This document shows positions 1-8,262 of a stretch of 14,373 nucleotides of DNA, piece after piece. The notes beneath the pieces are model-generated. The model did no database searches, had not been told where the DNA came from, and saw only the letters and a program-made list of their open reading frames with translations. Source of the stretch: a virus (taxonomy: Duplodnaviria; Heunggongvirae; Uroviricota; Caudoviricetes); IMG/VR virus record IMGVR_UViG_2878480445_000013, one strand, 5' to 3'. Made by a program: the position numbers and the translations under genes. The number at the start of each line of letters is the position of its first letter. The stretch's first letter is position 1.

Positions 1-1
1 T

Positions 2-238
2 TCATTCTCCCTCATCCGGCTTCGCCTCCTCTGCCCGCCAGACACCGATGCGTGGGCGTTTCTTTTCCTGGCATTCCCTTTTCGGGCGTTTCCTTGAGCG
101 GTGCTTCTTCTTGCGCTCTTCCCGAACCACATTGCCGATGGCTTCATTGGCAGTCGGGTCCGGGTGGCTATGACTGACTTTCCTGTTCGGGGAGCTTTCC
201 TCTTTGTGTTCTGTGATCCAGTGAATGACATCTTCCAT
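2..238 (-). CDS. Small basic hypothetical protein (78 aa)
   Basis: GAGGTGA RBS overlaps the DUF932 stop (TGA at 248-250); ATG at 238, TGA at 2-4. Contains HPDPTANEAIGNV and a K/R-rich tract. Its stop overlaps another ATG (3-5, ATGA coupling, GAGGGAG RBS) of a gene leaving the window. Confidence 0.75.
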   Translation of the reverse strand: MEDVIHWITEHKEESSPNRKVSHSHPDPTANEAIGNVVREERKKKHRSRKRPKRECQEKKRPRIGVWRAEEAKPDEGE

Positions 239-247
239 ACCGTCACC

Positions 248-1315
248 TCACTGATTGATCTGCTTCCACTGCTGCGGCTCCATCGTGGCGACCTGCCAGC
301 CGATGCCCTCCAGTGTGGTAGCACGGTCATAGGAAACAACATCCTGCGATGCACGGGTCACCGCATTGGACAGACCGTACAGAGAAAGGTCTCCGCCTTC
401 AATGAGGTACTTGAGGATACCTTCCTGTTCCTCGGCATTGATACCATAGCTCTGGGCAGTCAGCTGCACCACATCCTGTACCCTGCCGGTGATCGGCACT
501 GCCATAGATTCCTGCAGGCGGCCGACCACCTGGGAAAAGCGAGCCTCATCGATGGCAGCCATCGTGGTATCGCGGAGTTTCAGCAGGAATGCCTTGTCCT
601 CTGCTTTCATCGTCTCATCCGAATACAGGGCAAAGCTGTCCTCCACTGCTTTTGCCTGCCGGCCCACATGATGACGACGTTCGCCCATGTCATTGACCAC
701 CATGCCGTTGGTGCAGACCAGACGGTATACCAGCGGCTGAATCGACACAGCTCCCAGACCGACCTCGGAGTTGGAGATCATCACACCAGCCTGGACAATG
801 TCACCCTTGCGGACTTCCATCTCCAGACGGTGATTGACCACCTTGAGGTATAGACGATTCTCCGTCACCTCACAGGACATGACCTCGTACTGGTCGTTAC
901 CTGCAAACAGTGGCAATACTGCTGTGGCGATCTCCATGTTGTCGATACGGCGATAGCGTTCCGACAGCAGCGCACGGGCCACCTGTCCGGCACCGTAATC
1001 CATCGAGCGAACCATGTAAGAACTGGGCTTGTCCACAAACCAGCTGTTCACATTCTCGGCCAGCAGTTCCGGCTTCTGTGCCTGCATGAGATCATAGTAT
1101 TTGGCCGGGATACCCAGTGCTGATGCCACCTGACGATGGAACAGTGAGGTCGTACCAAACACCTCCTGCTGGCTGGTCGTAAGATGGTTGATCTCAAAAG
1201 TCTGTCCATCCTCCCGGAGGCGCATCCCCTGCGCAGGACTGATAAAGTCCTGCTTTGCCTGATTCTGACGGTTCAGTTCGACCAGGACTTCCTGCAAATT
1301 TCTTCCTGTTTTCAT
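248..1315 (-). CDS. DUF932 domain-containing protein (phage/plasmid-associated)
   Basis: 355-aa ORF, RBS AGAGGA; motifs RA(L)LSERYRRIDN, ISNSEVGLGAVSIQPLVYRLVCTNGMV and SLYGLSNAVT match my recollection of DUF932. Confidence 0.8.
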   Translation of the reverse strand: MKTGRNLQEVLVELNRQNQAKQDFISPAQGMRLREDGQTFEINHLTTSQQEVFGTTSLFHRQVASALGIPAKYYDLMQAQKPELLAENVNSWFVDKPSSYMVRSMDYGAGQVARALLSERYRRIDNMEIATAVLPLFAGNDQYEVMSCEVTENRLYLKVVNHRLEMEVRKGDIVQAGVMISNSEVGLGAVSIQPLVYRLVCTNGMVVNDMGERRHHVGRQAKAVEDSFALYSDETMKAEDKAFLLKLRDTTMAAIDEARFSQVVGRLQESMAVPITGRVQDVVQLTAQSYGINAEEQEGILKYLIEGGDLSLYGLSNAVTRASQDVVSYDRATTLEGIGWQVATMEPQQWKQINQ

Positions 1316-1414
1316 AGCAATTTTCCTCTCTATCTCTGCGGCGCATATTTATACGCCCGTTTATGCGTCCGTGTCCTTCCGACAAAAACGCTGTGTTTTT
1401 ATAACTACAAGTGC

Positions 1415-1753
1415 TTATAATTCCCGGTTGATCATCTGCCGGATGATCCGAACAGCTCCCTGCATACGTCTACGGTTCAGCCGGGTATTCTGCAGGAGCG
1501 TGTCCAGAGCATCCACTTCGTCCCGGATGTCACAGAGGACCGACCGCTGATGGTCAGCCAGGCGTTCATTCTCCTGTTCCATGCGGTCGTACTCTTTTTC
1601 GTAATCATCGATATTCTGCACATTAGTTTCGATATATTCCTCGATCTCCCGGCGAAGTTCCTCTCCGGCATAGTCCTGCACCGCATCCAGCAGATCCCGG
1701 ATGCCAAAGGTTGTCAGGAGTTTTCCGTCTTTCATTTTTAGAACGTGAGGCAT
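1415..1753 (-). CDS. Hypothetical protein with coiled-coil (112 aa)
   Basis: RBS AAAGGGGG before ATG 1753, 12 nt after the polymerase stop; acidic heptad-like middle (IDDYEKEYDRMEQENERLADHQ). Confidence 0.8.
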   Translation of the reverse strand: MPHVLKMKDGKLLTTFGIRDLLDAVQDYAGEELRREIEEYIETNVQNIDDYEKEYDRMEQENERLADHQRSVLCDIRDEVDALDTLLQNTRLNRRRMQGAVRIIRQMINREL

Positions 1754-1765
1754 CTCGCTCCCCCT

Positions 1766-3763
1766 TTAATCCTTAAAGTAGTAGCTGCCCTTATATCCGG
1801 CAGCATTCAGAGGAAGGTCTTTGCACCACTCCGGGTTAACGGACATCAGCTTGCAGACCTCATCCACCGTGTACCGATCCTTGGGTGCTTCGATGATGAC
1901 TTCATCGTGAACATGACCTACGATATTCAGGCCATAGCCTTCCATCCGAGCCATTGCTTCTGCCAGAATGTCACGGGCAATCGCCTGTGTCGCATTCTCC
2001 ACCAGCCGGCCGGAGTAGGTTTCCTGTCTGGCCCATTTGTGGTTCTGCCCCACTCCTTCATAGGTCAGGCTCATCCTTCCGAAGCGGTTCGGCTGCAATC
2101 TCGGTTTCAGATACACCAGCTTTCTGCCGGAAGGCAGCAGCATCCAGAGCGTACCGGAATAAAACTCAAATGCCAGCTTGCCGATCTCCTGTCGCTTTCC
2201 GGTTTTGAATGCCTGTGTTGCCGCCTTCTCCACATCCCACCAATACTGGACGATCTTCGGATTGGCTTCCCGCCAGGAATCGATGATCTCCGGCAGTTCC
2301 TCTTCTTTCAGTCCCATCTGCAGAGCACCCATGCTGATAAGTGCGCCGGAAGAACCACCATAACCGCAGGCCAGCTCTGCCACCTTTCCTTTCTGCCGGA
2401 GTTCTCCATTGATGCCGTGCTTCACCACCGGCACATGGAACATCTGACTGGCAGAGGCACAGTAGATGTCCTTTCCTTCCAAAAAGGCTTCTAACCGCCA
2501 CTCCTCGCCGGCTTCCCATGCAAGCACACGGGCTTCAATGGCGGAGAAGTCGGCCACGATGAACTCACAGCCTTCTTTTGGAATCAGCATGGTTCGGATC
2601 AGCTGCGAAAGCACATCCGGGGTATTGCCGTAGATGGTCTCGACCATATCAAAGCACCCCAGCTTCACCAGTTCCCTTGCCTCATCCAGCGTGGAAATAT
2701 GGTTCTGTGGCAGATTCTGCAACTGGATATTCCGGCCGGAATACCGACCAGTGCGGCTGGCCCCATAAAACTGGAACAGCCCTCTGGCTCTGCCATCTGA
2801 GCAGACACAGCGTTCTGCCGCCTGATATTTCTTCACAGAGCTTTTTGCCATCTGGAGCCGGAGCTTCAGCATATCCATTGCCTCGGCATCCACTCCGTTC
2901 TTGTCCAGTTCCTCGATCATCTGGGCTACATCCTTTTTACCCAGCGTGTCCATTGGAATGCCGCGTTCATCCAGCCATGACTTCAGCTGTGACACAGAGT
3001 TAGGATTCTCAAGCCCGGTCAGTTCGTAGGCTTTCTTACTCATAGCATCTGAGAGCAGCAGATCACAGGCAATGGCCTGCTGCACCAGTTCCGTGTCGAT
3101 CTTTACGCCCCGGTCATTGATACGCTCATTGACCCGGTAATGCTTCCACTCCTGCTCCGGCATCGGGAATTTCTTCAACCTCTTGTAAATGTCCACCTCG
3201 GTGTTGACATCCTGAATGCAGTAATACTTAAACTTCTCCCAGTCAGCTGGGTAATGCTCCGGAAGATTCCGGGTTCGCATCCCATTGCTTTTCGTTGGCT
3301 TACAGGGCATGGAAAACAGCTTGATCAGCCGCTCGCCTTCCTTGTCTTTCTGCTGGCTGGTCTTCAGCACGGTGCCAACATCCTTTAGAGCCATTGGAAG
3401 AGTCAGCGATGCCGCCATAACCATCGTGCAGATCCAGCTGTCTGGCGAAAGGAATTCTCCCGGCTTCAGATACTGTCCGGGATAGTGCCGGTTCAGATGC
3501 ACCGAGAAGCACACCCGTTCAAAAGAGGCATTGTGAGCGATCAGGCGCACATTTCCGGACTGGAAATCCTCCAGCAGCTCTTTGGGGAGCGGTTCTCCCG
3601 ATGCAAGGTCTGCACATCTGGTTTCGCCAAAACCATCCCCTTCATCGGTTGCCCAGGCGACCAGCAGAATCTCAAAGCTGGGATCTGTGGCATAGCGGTA
3701 CAGGCCGCATTTTCCAATGTCCACCTCGCTGTAGGTCTCAATATCGATCAGCGTTTCTTTCAA
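1766..3763 (-). CDS. Phage-type family A DNA polymerase with 3'-5' exonuclease, no 5'-3' exonuclease domain (665 aa)
   Basis: Start reassigned to TTG at 3763 (GAGGTGA RBS 5 nt upstream). ExoI IDIETYS, ExoII AHNASFER, ExoIII YCIQDV; motif A VADFSAIEARVLAW, motif B RQKGKVAELACGYG, motif C GHVHDEVII. Confidence 0.95.
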   Translation of the reverse strand: MKETLIDIETYSEVDIGKCGLYRYATDPSFEILLVAWATDEGDGFGETRCADLASGEPLPKELLEDFQSGNVRLIAHNASFERVCFSVHLNRHYPGQYLKPGEFLSPDSWICTMVMAASLTLPMALKDVGTVLKTSQQKDKEGERLIKLFSMPCKPTKSNGMRTRNLPEHYPADWEKFKYYCIQDVNTEVDIYKRLKKFPMPEQEWKHYRVNERINDRGVKIDTELVQQAIACDLLLSDAMSKKAYELTGLENPNSVSQLKSWLDERGIPMDTLGKKDVAQMIEELDKNGVDAEAMDMLKLRLQMAKSSVKKYQAAERCVCSDGRARGLFQFYGASRTGRYSGRNIQLQNLPQNHISTLDEARELVKLGCFDMVETIYGNTPDVLSQLIRTMLIPKEGCEFIVADFSAIEARVLAWEAGEEWRLEAFLEGKDIYCASASQMFHVPVVKHGINGELRQKGKVAELACGYGGSSGALISMGALQMGLKEEELPEIIDSWREANPKIVQYWWDVEKAATQAFKTGKRQEIGKLAFEFYSGTLWMLLPSGRKLVYLKPRLQPNRFGRMSLTYEGVGQNHKWARQETYSGRLVENATQAIARDILAEAMARMEGYGLNIVGHVHDEVIIEAPKDRYTVDEVCKLMSVNPEWCKDLPLNAAGYKGSYYFKD

Positions 3764-3785
3764 ATATCTCACCTCTATTCGATGT

Positions 3786-3818
3786 AAAAGGCCGGAGGAC
3801 ACTCTGGCATCCCCCGGC
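3786..3818 (-). terminator. Intrinsic terminator-like hairpin between SSB and polymerase genes
   Basis: Minus-strand GCCGGGGGAT-GCCAGAGT-GTCCTCCGGC gives a 10-bp stem with two G-U pairs, followed by CTTTT. Confidence 0.55.
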
Positions 3819-3841
3819 ACGGTTACTTATCTGTGTTTCTC

Positions 3842-4426
3842 TTAGCGAAGGTAATCCGGCAGTTCCTCACCGGCGTCGCCGCCCAGAACATCCTCATCGT
3901 CCAGCGCGTCAAAATCAGACTCTGCCGATGCCTTGCCGGACAGACGGTCGCCATCCTTGACGAACTGTACGTTCCCCAAGCCGGCAGCCACACCGCGGTT
4001 GCCATTGGCGTTAAAAGCGTAGAAGTTCACACTGACGTTGCAGTAGCAGCCGGAGTATACCATCATCGGGTCCGCCACAGGCTGGACATGACGGTCCACA
4101 ACCTGCGGTGCATCCTTGCTGGAGGCATTCACAAAGAAATGCTCCTGGTAGTTCTCATCATCCGGGCGGTCGATATCGCCGTCACGCAGAGGCAGCTTCA
4201 GGTTCGGCGGAATCTTGCCGCCCCACTTACGGGTCTTGCCATCCTCCTTGGCGGCCTCCACTGCCTTGTGGATCGCCAGCAGGGTCTTCTTGTCCTCCTT
4301 CGGGATCAGGCAGGAAACGGAATACTTAGCCTCGCCGCCGTTGATGCTCTTCGGTTCAAAGATGTTTGCAAAAGAGATACGGCACGGAATAACGACCTTA
4401 GTTACACTGGAAATCTTGTTAGCCAT
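3842..4426 (-). CDS. DUF2815 family protein (T7 gp2.5-like single-stranded DNA-binding protein)
   Basis: RISFANIFEP, KYSVSCLIPK, PLRDGD, VYSGCY, GNRGVAAGLGNVQFVKDG and an acidic C-terminal tail (DFDALDDEDV); GGAGG RBS. Confidence 0.9.
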   Translation of the reverse strand: MANKISSVTKVVIPCRISFANIFEPKSINGGEAKYSVSCLIPKEDKKTLLAIHKAVEAAKEDGKTRKWGGKIPPNLKLPLRDGDIDRPDDENYQEHFFVNASSKDAPQVVDRHVQPVADPMMVYSGCYCNVSVNFYAFNANGNRGVAAGLGNVQFVKDGDRLSGKASAESDFDALDDEDVLGGDAGEELPDYLR

Positions 4427-4472
4427 AATAAAAATCCTCCATCAATCTGTTTTTTGTGTATTGCTGCTGCCC

Positions 4473-5696
4473 TCAGTCGAGGACAGCAAATTCATCTTCC
4501 GCAGTCTGCAGATCGACTGCCTCTCTGAGGTCCGAATCCGGGACAAGTGCCAGCTTACCGGGCGGCTTGACCACATACTCTCCCAGAATCTCCTGGAACT
4601 TTTTCTTCCCCATGAGCTTTTCAAAGGCTGTCAGGGAGATCAGCTCTGTCTTATAAATATCGGTATATCCGGCCTTCTCTGCCGCGGCCACCACCGATTT
4701 CGTATCAAGGAACTGTCTCTTGCTCCTGCCCTCGACCACCTTATACCCATCCCAGCTGACACCATGATTGATGGCCTCGGAACTGACATAGGCAAAGATA
4801 GCTTCGATCCAGGACTCGATACGGTTCAGAGTCGGCAGCATCTTCTCAATATCTGTCTTGGAAAGCAGTGCTGGGGATTTAAAGGTCGGCACGGAGGTAT
4901 CCGGATCAAAGGATGCTGTCGCATCCGTTTCCTCGGTTTCATCCTCCAGCACACCGGCATCCAGATCCAGAAATTCTTCTTTCACCAGAGCCATTGCTTC
5001 ATCGGCACAGGCTTTACAGGAAGTTCTGGCACGGCAGAACCGGCACCAGTCTCCGGGAACCTGCTCGCCTTTTCCTTCAAAGGCCAGCTTTGCCCTCGGT
5101 CTGACATAGGTTTCCGCCCAGTCCAGCAGTTCCTCCACACTGCATTCAAACGTTGAGATATTTTCCAGTCTCGGCTGGATGATGGTCATGGACACCTTTT
5201 TGATGCTGTACAGATATCCGTAGGCGTGGTAAGCGCCCAGGGCATACAGCATCATCTGCGGATTGTGGTCACAGTTTACGAACACGCCCTTGCCGTTCTT
5301 GTAGTCCATGACATACAGTGTCCCGTCTGCGATGATCACGCAGTCACCCGTACCAAATCCCTGCGGAACGAGGTGGCTGTAATCCAGCCGTTCCTCCACC
5401 ATGACCAGCGGATGCGGACAGGTCTCCTTGATACGCTCCACTGTGGAAATGATGAATTCCGCATAGATATCGGTGTTCGCTTCCATCTCTTCATCCTCAT
5501 ACTCGGAGGTTGGACGCTTCACCCGTTCATGCAGATATTTCCGCAGCTTGTACTCGCCCAATGCATGGGCGGCAGTTCCCTCCTCAGCATACACCGAGGA
5601 TTCATTTGGAAAGTTCTGCTCCAGCCTTGCAGATGGCGTACAGTTCAGCCACCTCTTCGAGCTGGAAGCAGAAAGGATTGCATGTACTTCCGGCAT
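4473..5696 (-). CDS. DUF2800 family Cas4/RecB-like PD-(D/E)XK nuclease
   Basis: HAILSASSSKRWLNC, EGTAAH, GFGTGDC...VMDYKNG (PD-DxK), QMMLYA (QxxxY), CRFCRARTSC (CxxC-x5-C); GGGAGG RBS. Confidence 0.9.
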   Translation of the reverse strand: MPEVHAILSASSSKRWLNCTPSARLEQNFPNESSVYAEEGTAAHALGEYKLRKYLHERVKRPTSEYEDEEMEANTDIYAEFIISTVERIKETCPHPLVMVEERLDYSHLVPQGFGTGDCVIIADGTLYVMDYKNGKGVFVNCDHNPQMMLYALGAYHAYGYLYSIKKVSMTIIQPRLENISTFECSVEELLDWAETYVRPRAKLAFEGKGEQVPGDWCRFCRARTSCKACADEAMALVKEEFLDLDAGVLEDETEETDATASFDPDTSVPTFKSPALLSKTDIEKMLPTLNRIESWIEAIFAYVSSEAINHGVSWDGYKVVEGRSKRQFLDTKSVVAAAEKAGYTDIYKTELISLTAFEKLMGKKKFQEILGEYVVKPPGKLALVPDSDLREAVDLQTAEDEFAVLD

Positions 5697-5707
5697 GATG
5701 ACCTCCC

Positions 5708-6361
5708 TTAAATCTGGGAGACATCTGCCAGAAATGCTTCGTACTTCTCTGCAGGCAGGTCAGACAGCTGGGCCACACCATAAGTCTTCAGAAGCTGGCC
5801 GATCTTCTCGTTGTTATCACGCTTCTTCTTGATCTTGGCGACAATAACCGCCGTGATCTCGTCCTTGGTGATTGTCACTGCAGACTGTGTTTCCGCTTTT
5901 GCAGCAGGTGTATCCTTGCCAGCGGTTTTGTCGGACGGTGCTTCTTTCTGGCCGGTATCTTCTTCCCACGGCAGCGCATCCGCATCATCCACCGGATGCT
6001 CATCCTCTGCAGTTTCTGAACTCTCGGAGTTCACTGCTTCCTCTGCCTCGCCAGAATCTTCTACCACAGGCACCTCTGCAGCTTCCTCGATGGCCGAAGG
6101 AGCCGTCTCTCCCACTTTTTTTGTTTTCTTGACCGGCTTCTTACGGGGATGCACAACTGCCGGGCCTTTCTTTTCTGTTACGGGCAATACTGGCTGTTCT
6201 GCCACCGGAAGCTCCAGTTCATCTTCCGTCTTTGCATTTTCTGCCAGCATATCCAGCTGCTCGGATACGCCGGCAAACATCTGTGCCAGACCGTCAAAGA
6301 CCTCGACCAGACCATCCACAACTTTCTTCGGAGCATTCAAGACATTCAGTTCGTCCATCAT
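5708..6361 (-). CDS. Acidic hypothetical protein of the family usually found upstream of DUF2800
   Basis: 217 aa: N-terminal amphipathic helix, long E/A/P-rich linker, C-terminal ITKDEITAVI...LLKTYGVAQLSDLPAEKYEAFL domain; ATGA overlap with the upstream gene. Confidence 0.8.
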   Translation of the reverse strand: MMDELNVLNAPKKVVDGLVEVFDGLAQMFAGVSEQLDMLAENAKTEDELELPVAEQPVLPVTEKKGPAVVHPRKKPVKKTKKVGETAPSAIEEAAEVPVVEDSGEAEEAVNSESSETAEDEHPVDDADALPWEEDTGQKEAPSDKTAGKDTPAAKAETQSAVTITKDEITAVIVAKIKKKRDNNEKIGQLLKTYGVAQLSDLPAEKYEAFLADVSQI

Positions 6362-6780
6362 GCGTTTTCCTCCTCTCCGTTTTCTTCCTCATCCCCCCAC
6401 AGGTCATCCAGATAATCGGCCTGTGCCTTCAGGACTGCCAGAATAACCTTCTCGCACAGACCGGTTTCCTTATGGATGCGATCCAGCATCTCATCGAAGT
6501 CGATATCCTCCGCCGGGTCGTCTGCTTCAGCATCAGGCTCCTGACCAGAACCGTAGTTGTAAGAGATCATGCGCTCATCCATGTGGAGATGCAGGTTCTC
6601 GATGTTAATGGAGAGGAGTGGAACACCAAGCGGGCGTGCCGGCATCGGCTTGTCCTGCTTCTGAGCTTTCTTTTCTTCCTCTGTCTTGACAGGAAGCGGA
6701 ACCTTTACCACCTTAGCGTCCTTCAGCATCTCGCCGATCATTTCCTCCAGAGTCATGCTCTTCTCGTTCTTATTCTCCAT
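6358..6780 (-). CDS. Acidic hypothetical protein (140 aa)
   Basis: Start reassigned to ATG 6780 (GAGGAAGACA upstream, 11-nt overlap with the previous gene); by hand count 36 D/E versus 16 K/R. Confidence 0.75.
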   Translation of the reverse strand: MENKNEKSMTLEEMIGEMLKDAKVVKVPLPVKTEEEKKAQKQDKPMPARPLGVPLLSINIENLHLHMDERMISYNYGSGQEPDAEADDPAEDIDFDEMLDRIHKETGLCEKVILAVLKAQADYLDDLWGDEEENGEEENA

Positions 6781-7327
6781 TGTCTTCCTCACTTTCTGCA
6801 GCTTCCTGCTGCCCTTCTGTTTTCTTATCATCCAACGGCACATGGTACTGTTCTGAAATGTTTTTCAAAAGCAGTTCAACCACACGCCCCGGCTCCGGGA
6901 GATTCCGGACCTTTTTCTGCAACTCATGGGCTCTCTTGATTTCGGCAGCCATGCCTTCCGACACGGTATTCCCAAACATCCAGAGTTCATCTGCCTCCTC
7001 CAGCCATTGCATTCCAAGCTGAATGCCGGTATTTCGTTCCTGCTTTTCTTCATCCTTTAAGAACTGAGTGAAATACAGGTGCGGTGCCAGTGGCAGAAAG
7101 CCCAGTGTGGAAAGAATCCGACAGGCCATCTTTGCTCTGCGGATGTTTGCTTCCAGTTCATCTTTTCTGCACTTCTCGTCCTGCGAAATAGGGCGATACG
7201 GTGAGCAGACGAAGATTTTTCTTGGCAGGTGTTCTTCCTGCGGTGCACCGCCGGGTGGACGGGCCTCCTTCGCATTTTCTAACTGGGCAGTTTTCTTTGC
7301 AGCTTCATTCATGCTTACTGCACTCAT
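6770..7327 (-). CDS. DUF4406/DUF7768-like protein (nucleoside 2-deoxyribosyltransferase-like fold) (185 aa)
   Basis: Start reassigned to ATG 7327 (AGGAGGT RBS). Motifs IFVCSPY, PLAPHLYFTQFL, ADELWMFG, SEGMAAEI. Confidence 0.8.
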   Translation of the reverse strand: MSAVSMNEAAKKTAQLENAKEARPPGGAPQEEHLPRKIFVCSPYRPISQDEKCRKDELEANIRRAKMACRILSTLGFLPLAPHLYFTQFLKDEEKQERNTGIQLGMQWLEEADELWMFGNTVSEGMAAEIKRAHELQKKVRNLPEPGRVVELLLKNISEQYHVPLDDKKTEGQQEAAESEEDNGE

Positions 7328-7421
7328 AAGTTCTGACCTCCTGTTCATGTACTTGAGAAGTAACCCTCTCACTATGAACATCTTTTTGAGCCTTTTAACA
7401 GACACTTTTCTAAAAACTTTT

Positions 7422-8177
7422 TTAGAAATTTTTTCTCAGCCTTTTTACTGCCTGATTCATGATCCGGTTAACCGACTGCTGGCAGATGCCAAGTTCTTCT
7501 GCAATCTCGTATTGGTTCAGACCTTTATAAAAGTAAAGCTGAAGGATCTCCGACTGGCGCTCAGTCAGCTTACTCATGGCTGCATACAGGCGGCGGAGTT
7601 CCTGATCTGCCAGCAGGTCGGCATTATCCTCATCCAGAAAATCCACCATGACTGCTGCCGACCAGTCGGAACCATCACATTCCAGGGACACATTTTCAGT
7701 CTCAGCAGTGCGGTTATTCCGATTGTGCTCCATCCGGCGTTCCCCTTCCATGAGCAGACGAACGCTCCACTCGGTGTCCTCAAAAGTCTCGGCCGGCACT
7801 ACCTGATATGTACCATCTGTAAAGTCATAGCGGTAATCACCACAGCGGTCCACTACCATAACTGTGTGTGCGCCATCCATCTCATAGACTGCATAGCCGT
7901 TTTGGTAAACGGTCAGGGACGCATCAGCCACGGTTGTCTGTGCAACAGCCATCGGCTGCATCTCTATGAGTGCCTTGAAACTCGGCAGCTTCTTCTCCAA
8001 CACCGCATCGATCTTTTCCTTTAACTCATGTAAGGTGATATGCACATTCTCTGCGATATCTGCGGCGATATGTCCTGCGTCCTGTACCGCTTTCTCCACC
8101 ATCTGCGGTTGGCGGATCTCCATCACGCCAACGCCACCATTGATTGCAACCGCTCCGGTCATCATGTTCATCATCAT
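7422..8177 (-). CDS. Sigma-70 region-4 (sigma-like) transcriptional activator (251 aa)
   Basis: Start reassigned to ATG 8177 (GGGGAAAGGA upstream). C-terminal AMSKLTERQSEILQLYFYKGLNQYEIAEELGICQQSVNRIMNQAVKRLRK is a region-4 HTH; no canonical region 2 seen. Confidence 0.85.
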   Translation of the reverse strand: MMMNMMTGAVAINGGVGVMEIRQPQMVEKAVQDAGHIAADIAENVHITLHELKEKIDAVLEKKLPSFKALIEMQPMAVAQTTVADASLTVYQNGYAVYEMDGAHTVMVVDRCGDYRYDFTDGTYQVVPAETFEDTEWSVRLLMEGERRMEHNRNNRTAETENVSLECDGSDWSAAVMVDFLDEDNADLLADQELRRLYAAMSKLTERQSEILQLYFYKGLNQYEIAEELGICQQSVNRIMNQAVKRLRKNF

Positions 8178-8262
8178 TGTTTTGTCCTTTCCCCCGGACT
8201 CTGAAAGGGAAAGATACCGAAGCAGGATGCTGATGAAACGCTGAGCCATTTGGTAGGGCCAT

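Noticed and set aside
1316-1414. Separate promoter or hairpin for DUF932
   Set aside because: A TATAAA and a 6-bp CGCATA/TATGCG repeat are present, but there is no credible -35 and the stem is weak.
4473-5696. CRISPR-Cas (Cas4-like nuclease)
   Set aside because: No repeat-spacer array, cas1/cas2 or effector genes; the DUF2815/PolA context indicates a phage-type replication nuclease.
5708-6361. Host-function labels often attached to this family (rRNA biogenesis protein, DNA ligase)
   Set aside because: No catalytic or RNA-binding motifs are visible; left as hypothetical.
101-8024. Long plus-strand ORFs (101-853, 1745-2494, 3833-4528, 4215-5156, 5811-6446, 6232-6939, 7068-8024 and others)
   Set aside because: Antisense shadows of well-supported minus-strand genes in GC-rich sequence; no motifs or convincing RBSs.
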